A stretch of DNA of 64,000 nucleotides from Antedon mediterranea. Lineage: Eukaryota > Animalia > Echinodermata. Under the pieces are notes generated by a model. It did not search any database. It saw only the letters and a list, made by a program, of their open reading frames with translations, and was not told the origin of the DNA. Each line of letters starts with the position of its first letter. Within the stretch, counting starts at the first letter, position 1. The stretch lies in the NCBI RefSeq assembly GCF_964355755.1, contig NC_092671.1:24502070-24566069 (forward strand), given 5' to 3'. The translations under genes and the position numbers were made by a program. Shown here piece by piece: positions 33,871-45,836 of this stretch.

Positions 33871-35978
33871 CGGTTCTACTAAACACCACCAGATACCTAC
33901 CAGAGCAACAAATCCTACCACCACCAGAGAGCAGCCACCTGTTTTAGAATGTATTATTAATGGTATATATTATTACAAATTTCAAGGCTTAATTCTTTCA
34001 GAAACTGATAAAATTAAAGTTAAAAGTGAATTTCTCGCCGTCGCCTTTCCAGAATCGAATGCGTTTGAACTTCGTAACAGTAACGAGACGAACGCGTTCA
34101 TCCGTGTATATTGTATTTGGCGGTCAACTATGAGGTGCTACCGATGCATTTATTTGGTCAAATAAATCACTATAACATTTCAAAATAAATAACGCGTTTG
34201 TTACTCGGTCAACTGCTCTCACGGCATTATTTGGTCAAATAAAATCAGAAATTCTTTTTGTACACATAACACGCACTATAACATTTAAAAATGAATAAAA
34301 CTTAAAGCAACTATATTCTTTGGTTGATATGTTGTTCGTCCTGTTTTAATGAAACCATACAATTGGCTAAGGTCATTCCAGTAATCCGACAATCCTTTCT
34401 GTCAGTGCATAGAGATATTATATAATATCTCTATGGTCAGTGATAGAAGTATAGTATTCTGTTTAATAAATATTCTTCCGGCGAAAGTCGATTATCATTT
34501 TAAAATTCGTTAGGCTTTCGTACTTTAAAAAAAAGAGTAGAATCATAGAGAAGAGGGATGTGGCAAGAACATATAACACCGCCAAAAGTATTATCGTGTA
34601 TTTTATATCGCATAGAATCAGCAATAATAATAAAAATTATTATCGTCACGATAAATGATTGTGTTAATTGTAATTTTTAGTCAAGACTTTCATCTCACAT
34701 TTTCTGTTTACGTCATCTGGAGAAAAATGTACATCTTCAAAAAAAAAAATTGGTACAAAAAAATACACACCAATCGATTGCGCGATTTCTTTCATTACGG
34801 CCGGTTATTTTGTTTTTATCATGTTTCGATCGTATGGCAAAAACGATACATAACATAACAAAACATACAATAAAAGTAAACGTGGAAGTTTATCATACAA
34901 AAGGGGTAAAATGGCTTGACGGTTTCACGATCCTTTATATTGTCAATCAGGTCGGCTAATTAATGTTTTCCAGTCAGTTGCTAATTTTAATATATTATTA
35001 GAATTTTTCTTCCAATCAAACGGCAACCATGTGTTTGATTTCGGCGGCAAAATATAGCGTATTTTAACAAAATCAGGATTTTCTTTAAAGATTCTTTCCT
35101 TTAGTAGGTCTAAATCGACATTTTTGGAAGTCATGTTCGTCTTCGCATCCAAGTAAACCTTTGTTTGAAAAAATAACCTTCATTAATTCTGTGCGTAATA
35201 TTCTTTTGTATTTTTGTACCAATTGTTTGAAGATGTCTTTGTACAATTTCTCCAGAATGCGTAAACGAATTTTAAATGATAATCGACTTTCGGAAGAATA
35301 ATTACATGAAAATCGAAAATGATAACATTTGGATTGTTTTGAATAAATACTTTGGGTACAATTTTATATGATCAATTAAAGACACACGCATTGTTGAACA
35401 GAATACCATCACGGACAGATGGCGTGTCGGATTTACTGAAATGACCGTACTTATAGTAAATTCTATGGTTTCATTTAAAAAAAAAAGACTATTTTCGATG
35501 TCATCTTGTTTAAATGATTTAATTTTTTGTTATCTAAAGTAATTTTTATTAAGATTTTAACCAGCATGTTAGTGGCGATGATTCGCTGTTTGTCTGGAAT
35601 GAAATGAATAATAAATGTTAGTGCACACAGAATTTATTTGACCAAATAAATGCACAGAATTTATTTAACCAAATAAAATGCATCGGTAGTGCCTCACAGT
35701 TGACTGCTGAATACAATACACAATAGACACGGATGAACGCGTTCGTTTCGTTACTGTTACGAAGTTCGAACGCATTCGATTCTGTAATTGCGACGGCGAG
35801 AAAATCACTTTGAACTTCAATTTTATAAGTTTCTGAATAAATTAAGCCTTGAAATTTGTAATATACCATTAATAATACATTCCAAACAGGTGGCTGCTCT
35901 CTGGTGGTAGGATTTGTTGCTCTGGTAGGTATCTGGTGGTATCTGGTGGTAGGCCTATCTGGTGGTGTTTAGTAGGAC
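33871..35978. mobile_element. Foldback-type element with very long imperfect TIRs
   Basis: 33871-34170 is the inverted copy of 35660-35978, with further inverted blocks 34350-34390/35425-35475 and 34475-34510/35263-35297; termini GGTTCTACTAAACACC / GGTGTTTAGTAGGACC. Confidence 0.8.
34408..34435. mobile_element. 28-bp CATAGAGA palindrome with 7-bp TSD
   Basis: GTCAGTG|CATAGAGATATTATATAATATCTCTATG|GTCAGTG. Confidence 0.8.
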
Positions 35979-37763
35979 CCCGTTAAAATTGAATCAAACT
36001 ACAATAATAACTAGGCCTACTATTGTTATCAACTGTTAGTTTTATATTTATAATGCTTGAGTAAGCAAGCCGTCAACGCAATCGCAACAACTTAACAACG
36101 TAGTCAGGCTCCAGAGACTCTTAATATTAGTAAAAATATAAATATTTTTACACATATAGCGTTTCATACGTGTATTACTTGAGTTTGGATTTTCAGACAA
36201 AAATCAAATGACTTTCTGTCTCCCCTCCCCCATCCCCCTCCTTCTCCCCTCCCCCATCCCCCATCTTCTCTTGCCGGTAAATAATTATAGAGGGAGTAGT
36301 TTCAATAAACTTTGGCAGATGGCAGCTATAAATATCATAAAAAAATTGGGGGTCGACGAAACTTCTGAAGAGTTATTTTGATTTAAAAAATTCCTTATTT
36401 TTTACAATTTTTAGCACTTTTGTCCAATTAATTTACGCATTTTGTCATATTTAACGTGCTCGTATAGCGCTATTTAAAGTCAGAATCAAATCAAATTTGG
36501 TAAATGTACAAAGGAAGGTGAGTGGAATAAAAATGTGTACAAAAATACTAAATAGTATTTTTACATTTCTTAAGTATCGCGCGCGCAAATACGTGTTTCT
36601 GCGCAGTAATGTTTTCAAGCTCACAATGACATAAATCATGCTCTAATTGATCAAAATGTTATTTAAGCATTTTAAATTTTGCGCGATTTTATGCGCCTGA
36701 CCTTGTATATGCGCACATGTTTATTTTAAATATTTTTACCCTTAACCTGAAGTTTAAGTAAATTGAATTTAACTGATAGGCCTATGTGATGAAAAGTTAC
36801 GGAGATATGATTAATAATGTGATTATACAACATATAAATGAATTCACGGACGAGTGATTTTATATTTTAGAGGAGATTTTATTATTTGAAAGATATTGTG
36901 AAAATTTAGTGTTTTGAGATATCTGTTACTGTTATATAAAAAATCACCTAATTATTTACATATCTACGGACGGACGTACCACCATTTTCAAAATTCTTTT
37001 CAATATGTTCTAGCAACTTAAGTTTCAACTTTCGAATTCGTAAGCAACAGTGGAGTTGCTTTTCAAACTTTTCAAACGGACGGTATCTTATTTTATATGC
37101 GTTGACAAGTTTTCTCGGTTGAAATATGTTAATCAGCAGGGCTCCAACTATACAACTATACTATTGCTCGTAGTATTTACATACGAATGAAGTCTTATGT
37201 CAATGGTCTTCTCACTATTATCAACAATTTATGTGTAAATTGAAAAGTTCACAAGCATAAGAGGAAATGTATTTTATTGTTTAATTTCTATTATTATAAA
37301 AAAAATTTGGAATTATTTCTATGTGTGAAATAAAATTAATTGATATTTAAAATAAGGATTTCAAATTACGGAGTTTTTAATTACAAGCAATTTGAAAACC
37401 CGGTATGTCAATAAATGTTTAGAATTATTCGTGCGTTAGTTCTCGTCATGCTTGTTTATGGTAAAATCAGGTAAGCATACGGTTAGTTTGGTCATCATTT
37501 GGAATATCGAAAGTGTTCGCCCAGTCCACCACATTATTCATTTATAACTTACGAATCATCTCATATTTATTTCAGTATTTTTCAGTGTGTACTATGTTCT
37601 CACATTACACCCATATTCATAAGATTAAACGAAAAAGACAACCTGTTAACATCTAAGCAATAACTTTATTCCATTATTATAACATTTGAACTCAATTTTG
37701 CGTCAAATTTAAACACCGTCATTCGCTTCACCGGCCTATCATCAGAGGTAGGATATTGTAGAT

Positions 37764-40700
37764 AAGGTACAACACTATTGCTTGTTCCTAAACCTATGCT
37801 TGATGTTGTACCTTGAAACACAAAAAATGAAGGTCAACACTATTGCTTGTTCCTAACCTATGCTTAATGTTGTACCTTGAAACACAAACAATGAAGGTCA
37901 ACACTATTGCTTGTTCCTAAACCTATGCTTGATGTTGTACCTTGAAACACAAACAATGAAGGTCAACACTATTGCTTGTTCCTAACCTATGCTTAATGTT
38001 GTACCTTGAAACACAAACAATGAAGGTCAACACTATTGCTTGTTCCTAAACCTATGCTTGATGTTGTACCTTGAAACACAAACAATGAAGGTCAACACTA
38101 TTGCTTGTTCCTAAACCTATGCTTAATGTTGTACCTTGAAACACAAACAATGAAGGTCAACACTATTGCTTGTTCCTAACCTATGCTTAATGTTGTACCT
38201 TGAAACACAAACAATGAAGGTCAACACTATTGCTTGTTCCTAAACCTATGCTTAATGTTGTACCTTGAAACACAAACAATGAAGGTCAACACTATTGCTT
38301 GTTCCTAAACCTATGCTTGATGTTGTACCTTGAAACACAAACAATGAAGGTCAACACTATTGCTTGTTCCTAAACCTATGCTTAATGTTGTACCTTGAAA
38401 CACAAACAATGAAGGTCAACACTATTGCTTGTTCCTAAACCTATGCTTGATGTTGTACCTTGAAACACAAACAATGAAGGTCAACACTATTGCTTGTTCC
38501 TAAACCTATGCTTGATGTTGTACCTTGAAACACAAACAATGAAGGTCAACACTATTGCTTGTTCCTAAACCTATGCTTGATGTTGTACCTTGAAACACAA
38601 ACAATGAAGGTCAACACTATTGCTTGTTCCTAAACCTATGCTTAATGTTGTACCTTGAAACACAAACAATGAAGGTCAACACTATTGCTTGTTCCTAAAC
38701 CTATGCTTAATGTTGTACCTTGAAACACAAACAATGAAGGTCAACACTATTGCTTGTTCCTAACCTATGCTTAATGTTGTACCTTCAAACACAAACAATG
38801 AAGGTCAACACTATTGCTTGTTCCTAAACCTATGCTTAATGTTGTCCCTTGAAACACAAACAATGAAGGTCAACACTATTGCTTGTTCCTAAACCTATGC
38901 TTGATGTTGTACCTTGAAACACAAACAATGAAGGTCAACACTATTGCTTGTTCCTAACCTATGCTTGATGTTGTACCTTGAAACACAAACAATGAAGGTC
39001 AACACTATTGCTTGTTCCTAAACCTATGCTTGATGTTGTACCTTGAAACACAAACAATGAAGGTCAACACTATTGCTTGTTCCTAAACCTATGCTTGATG
39101 TTGTACCTTGAAACACAAACAATGAAGGTCAACACTATTGCTTGTTCCTAAACCTATGCTTAATGTTGTACCTTGAAACACAAACAATGAAGGTCAACAC
39201 TATTGCTTGTTCCTAACCTATGCTTGATGTTGTACCTTGAAACACAAACAATGAAGGTCAACACTATTGCTTGTTCCTAAACCTATGCTTAATGTTGTAC
39301 CTTGAAACACAAACAATGAAGGTCAACACTATTGCTTGTTCCTAAACCTATGCTTAATGTTGTACCTTGAAACACAAACAATGAAGGTCAACACTATTGC
39401 TTGTTCCTAACCTATGCTTGATGTTGTACCTTGAAACACAAACAATGAAGGTCAACACTATTGCTTGTTCCTAAACCTATGCTTAATGTTGTACCTTGAA
39501 ACACAAACAATGAAGGTCAACACTATTGCTTGTTCCTAACCTATGCTTAATGTTGTACCTTGAAACACAAACAATGAAGGTCAACACTATTGCTTGTTCC
39601 TAAACCTATGCTTAATGTTGTACCTTGAAACACAAACAATGAAGGTCAACACTATTGCTTGTTCCTAAACCTATGCTTGATGTTGTACCTTGAAACACAA
39701 ACAATGAAGGTCAACACTATTGCTTGTTCCTAAACCTATGCTTGATGTTGTACCTTGAAACACAAACAATGAAGGTTAACACTATTGCTTGTTCCTAACC
39801 TATGCTTGATGTTGTACCTTGAAACACAAACAATGAAGGTCAACACTATTGCTTGTTCCTAACCTATGCTTAATGTTGTACCTTGAAACACAAACAATGA
39901 AGGTCAACACTATTGCTTGTTCCTAAACCTATGCTTGATGTTGTACCTTGAAACACAAACAATGAAGGTCAACACTATTGCTTGTTCCTAAACCTATGCT
40001 TAATGTTGTACCTTAAAACACAAACAATGAAGGTCAACACTATTGCTTGTTCCTAAACCTATGCTTGATGTTGTACCTTGAAACACAAACAATGAAGGTC
40101 AACACTATTGCTTGTTCCTAACCTATGCTTAATGTTGTACCTTGAAACACAAACAATGAAGGTCAACACTATTGCTTGTTCCTAAACCTATGCTTAATGT
40201 TGTACCTTGAAACACAAACAATGAAGGTCAACACTATTGCTTGTTCCTAAACCTATGCTTGATGTTGTACATTGAAACACAAACAATGAAGGTCAACACT
40301 ATTGCTTGTTCCTAACCTATGCTTAATGTTGTACCTTGAAACACAAACAATGAAGGTCAACACTATTGCTTGTTCCTAAACCTATGCTTAATGTTGTACC
40401 TTGAAACACAAACAATGAAGGTCAACACTATTGCTTGTTCCTAACCTATGCTTAATGTTGTACCTTGAAACACAAACAATGAAGGTCAACACTATTGCTT
40501 GTTCCTAAACCTATGCTTAATGTTATACCTTGAAACACAAACAATGAAGGTCAACACTATTTCTTGTTCCTAACCTATGCTTAATGTTGTACCTTGAAAC
40601 ACAAACAATGAAGGTCAACACTATTGCTTGTTCCTAACCTATGCTTAATGTTGTACCTTGAAACACAAACAATGAAGGTCAACACTATTGCTTGTTCCTA

Positions 40701-42227
40701 AACCTATGCTTGATGTTGTACCTTGAAACACAAACAATGAAGGTCAACACTATTGCTTGTTCCTAACCTATGCTTGATGTTGTACCTTGAAACACAAACA
40801 ATGAAGGTCAACACTATTGCTTGTTCCTAAACCTATGCTTAATGTTGTACCTTGAAACACAAACAATGAAGGTCAACACTATTGCTTGTTCCTAAACCTA
40901 TGCTTGATGTTGTACCTTGAAACACAAACAATGAAGGTCAACACTATTGCTTGTTCCTAAACCTATGCTTGATGTTGTACCTTGAAACACAAACAATGAA
41001 GGTCAACACTATTGCTTGTTCCTAACCTATGCTTAATGTTGTACCTTGAAACACAAACAATGAAGGTCAACACTATTGCTTGTTCCTAAACCTATGCTTG
41101 ATGTTGTACCTTGAAACACAAACAATGAAGGTCAACACTATTGCTTGTTCCTAAACCTATGCTTGATGTTGTACCTTGAAACACAAACAATGAAGGTCAA
41201 CACTATTGCTTGTTCCTAACCTATGCTTAATGTTGTACCTTGAAACACAAACAATGAAGGTCAACACTATTGCTTGTTCCTAACCTATGCTTGATGTTGT
41301 ACCTTGAAACACAAACAATGAAGGTCAACACTATTGCTTGTTCCTAAACCTATGCTTGATGTTGTACCTTGAAACACAAACAATGAAGGTCAACACTATT
41401 GCTTGTTCCTAAACCTATGCTTGATGTTGTACCTTGAAACACAAACAATGAAGGTCAACACTATTGCTTGTTCCTAACCTATGCTTAATGTTGTACCTTG
41501 AAACACAAACAATGAAGGTCAACACTATTGCTTGTTCCTAACCTATGCTTAATGTTGTACCTTGAAACACAAACAATGAAGGTCAACACTATTGCTTGTT
41601 CCTAACCTATGCTTAATGTTGTACCTTGAAACACAAACAATGAAGGTCAACACTATTGCTTGTTCCTAAACCTATGCTTAATGTTGTACCTTGAAACACA
41701 AACAATGAAGGTCAACACTATTGCTTGTTCCTAAACCTATGCTTAATGTTGTACCTTGAAACACAAACAATGAAGGTCAACACTATTGCTTGTTCCTAAA
41801 CCTATGCTTAATGTTGTACCTTGAAACACAAACAATGAAGGTCAACACTATTGCTTGTTCCTAACCTATGCTTAATGTTGTACCTTGAAACACAAACAAT
41901 GAAGGTCAACACTATTGCTTGTTCCTAACCTATGCTTAATGTTGTACCTTGAAACACAAACAATGAAGGTCAAAATAACCTATGCTTAATGTTGTACCTT
42001 GAAACACAAACAATGAAGGTCAAAATAACCTATGCTTAATGTTGTACCTTGAAACACAAACAATGAAGGTCAAAATAACCTATGCTTAATGTTGTACCTT
42101 GAAACACAAACAATGAAGGTTAAAATAACCTATGCTTAATGTTGTACCTTGAAACACAAACAATGAAGGTCAAAATAACCTATGCTTAATGTTGTACCTT
42201 GAAACACAAACAATGAAGGTCAAAATA
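37764..42227. repeat. 4.5-kb tandem array: about 65 copies of a 64/65-bp unit followed by 5 copies of a 50-bp derivative
   Basis: Unit AAGGTCAACACTATTGCTTGTTCCTA(A)ACCTATGCTT(G/A)ATGTTGTACCTTGAAACACAAACAATG; switches to CAAAATAACCTATG... at 41971. Confidence 0.97.
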
Positions 42228-43683
42228 TTCTAAATCTAAATTAGCCATATCAAGTTATTCACTTTAAGTCGAAAATTTGAGCCAAAAACAAAACAAAAGT
42301 TTACGTAATTAATAGGTAAATTAATTTGATTACATTTCGTCTGGAAAATCGTCGCGAGCGAAAGTAAACAAATATTTCAAACCACGAGTGGGTCATTAAT
42401 TATGCATGATGCTAATTAGGATTGTTTACAACTCGTCACGGTTGAGAAGGAGATCGCGAGGAAGTTTTATGATTATGCATACAGAGTAGCCAAAAACAAG
42501 CGCGTTCCATTATGAGATATGATTTGATCGAAAACTTTGACTGGAAGTCAAAGTCCAGTCAAGTTATTTTTTGAACAAAAAACGTCTGTATTTCAGTTAA
42601 ATAATTTTTTCGACTAATTTTTGGTGAAAGTTAATAACTATTATGATACTTCAAAATGAAATCAAATTTTTGTCGAAATCTTTCTTTTTTTACATTTTTT
42701 TGGAGTTAGCCAAAGGGACAATATATCGTTAAGTTCTATGTTATTTTGAGAAAACTCTGAACGTTTTAACCTTAGTGTTTCTTCTTCCCAAATACTCACT
42801 CCGTACACACATGCATCACTTCCCTTGCATTATACACTAATGTTGGCGCGCCTACATACGTGTCTGCCATTTTGTGATGTTTCATTGTAAGAGGCCTATA
42901 ATACACTAGTATATCGGTAAATTTTATTCATACAAAATAAATGATAAACGTAAAATACTAAAAAAGCAGTGCTGAATGGTACGGTATTTAAACAAAAATT
43001 ATTCATACAAATCTGTTTTACAATATCAATCAATATCATAAAATACGGTACAGCAGACAAAGACACATTACAAATGGAATAAATAAATGATCATTCAAAA
43101 ATTGCAATTGTAAAAAAAAGGATATTGATAATTGTTTCTGAAACCTTTAGTAATATTTTCTTCAAAAATGATTTAAAAAAAAGCGAAACTATTCTATAAG
43201 AGGCTATTCAAATAAGCTGTAATGCAGTTCCTTAAGCCACTTTTGAGAAAAAAAAATAAATAAAAAATGAATAAAGATTTTCGAAGTTGCATTTCGGAAA
43301 CGTTGTTAAATAATTGCCAACCAAGTACTGTAAGTGACTGAAAGTACTACAGAAATATTATTCAAGCCTATCTGTTCATAACAATTATTAGGCCTATGTG
43401 TTTCATCTGAAGTTGAAAGAAATCAAATGCCACCAAACATCGTTCAGCCTACGTGTCAACGCAAATGTAATAACTTTATACGGTACGACACTGTTATGAT
43501 ATTCAGTAAAATCGAACTCCTAATAATCAATTCACGGTCGTAACATTAATTTTGCAGATGAAATCCTCGATCTTACTATATTCTGTGCAAATATTCGGTA
43601 ATTTTCCATTCGAGTCCGGTTCTTTTTCTTTTTGTGCCGGGGGATTGGCAACTTTCATAGCGTTCGAAATTTCATTGTTGGGG

Positions 43684-43707
43684 CATGGAGCTACTTATAG
43701 CTCCATG
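43684..43707. mobile_element. 24-bp CATGGAGC palindrome with near-perfect 7-bp TSD
   Basis: GTTGGGG|CATGGAGCTACTTATAGCTCCATG|GTTGGAG. Confidence 0.65.
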
Positions 43708-45836
43708 GTTGGAGTAGAAAGGTTAATAAGATGGATCAAAATTGGCACCAGCAGTTTAAAAGTTAGAAGGTAAAACGAACTAAAGCCATTAGACACAATA
43801 CTAAAAATACCACTGAAGTCTGCAGATGCAAGACCAGTAAAATAAAAATTAAAAATGATTGGCGACTTCATTATCATAAGCTTCAATGATTATTTAGTTT
43901 TAGACTTAATCCCTTTGTAAAACCAAGATTCTTAAGATTTTTTGGGTTTATCTTTATTTTCTTCAAGTTTATCTTGAAAAAAAGATGACTTAGGGTATGA
44001 TGTTGGAGTATGTGGGTCATTACCACCTAGGGAATATGAACAGTACCATTGTTTTTTAAAAATAAAATAATTGATGAATCATTTTCTTAATTATTAAATA
44101 GAATATCAATAAAGGCATCATTTAATGAAAAAAAGCACAATGAGAATTAAAACTTTTACGTCAAAAAGTCGAGTGGCGTTTTTTGTAAGAAATGTTTCTT
44201 GTTATATCTTTCTTATCGGGCAACATAGCTACATACAGGAGGAGGGCAGTGAGCAGAGAAGTTTTTTGTGTGCTATTCTTATTGGACAGAGCCATACATA
44301 GGGCCTATATTATTATATATTATATAATATGGCTCTGGTTACTGGATAAGAGGTGCCGCCCTCATTGAACGTCTGACGTCAGTACTGCTGAGACGCAAAC
44401 AGCAGTCACACTACTCTTGCAAATTATGAATATTCAGTTTTACACGTTTTATACGTCACACACTGTGTCGATCATAACATTACACACTGTTGTGTTTTTA
44501 TTAAACGCCTGTTTTCATTCAATGTTTGTTTACCAACATTATACTATCAATCATGTCGTAGTATTTCCCGCGGACTTCCTGAAGACAAATACTGATGGTA
44601 AAGTATGGTTTTGTAACAATACTAACTAGGACCTAGCTATGCTTTTTATTTTAGGTAAAGTCGAATGTGCATGTATTATTATTTGTGTGTGTTTACTGTT
44701 CTGCCTTTCTTGTTGTGCTAGCTAGGCTAGAGTTGTTGTGCGCCTACTTAAACCGATCATTTCAGGCGGGATTCAAGTCGGTCGTGGTGTTATGCATTTC
44801 GGTCGCTGCACTGCTTGACTTTTAGTATGTAAATCAGCTGTATAAAAGTATAGTATGGAGCCAATAAAACGGCCAGTGTCGCTTCTATGAGTACTTAATA
44901 CTACAAAGTATTTAATATTACGTTTATTATTTTTGAAATTTTATTTGAAAATGTATGATGGATGTTAACTAATAAAAGCCTACAAAAAAAGGGATCAAAA
45001 AAAGGTGACCGTGACCTGCTGGCGATTTTTTTTTTCGTACATAAGTTGGGGACCCCCTCATGAAACGTCACAAAATAAACATGAATAATTCATCAGTTAA
45101 ATTTTCTTGTTCCATGTGGACGTGACCCAAGCGTATAGCAACAAGAAGTGATTACACAAGTGCGGTACGATTCTAGGCCTATCTCCTCTGTTGTTGCGGC
45201 GTGCGAATTCATAGAAGAATAGCGGCGTTTTGTGTGGATTGTCGAAATAATCAGCCTTTAGTTTATGGTGTTTTTAATATAATTTATTACTAAAGAATTA
45301 CGTGTTAAAACTATAGTTTCTATTAATACTATTAGGTCTAATTATTAGTCTCTAAACCCATGTCTATTCTAGTAGTAGCTGTGTGGGTGTGTGTGACGTG
45401 TGTGTGTTAGGTATGACCAAAGATAGTTACACTTACTATCTTTGGTATGACACAATAATAGAGGAGTGTTGCAGCGCCCATGTGGCGGCTCTATATTGCT
45501 CTGTGCATAACAACTTCGTATCTGTTTGCAGATGGTTTTTTTCATCAAATAAGTTTTACTGGATGCTGGAATAGCAAATTGAGCACCATATATTCACAAA
45601 TTTCTTATGTGGAAATAATCGTATCTTGGAGTAAATCGCAGTTGTTTTTCTTGTTGTTTCCTGAAGTTCAGCTAGGCCCTGCTTGTGCCTTTATTGTTTT
45701 AATTCAAACTCATCACTGCCCAAGAACAATGGTCTACTAGCATCAGTGGGAAGCTAGCCCTGTACTTTCAATCTGACTGTGCATATTGTTATGTAAATGA
45801 CCTTGTACACCTCATGCTTGAAGATCTGCTGTTGTC

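Noticed and set aside
37764-42227. CRISPR-like array
   Set aside because: No unique spacers, units are contiguous near-identical copies, no cas genes, and the context is eukaryotic.
43529-43886. Possible minus-strand coding exon (NNEISNAMKVANPP...)
   Set aside because: No in-frame splice acceptor, stops upstream with or without the palindromic insert, and no recognisable homology.
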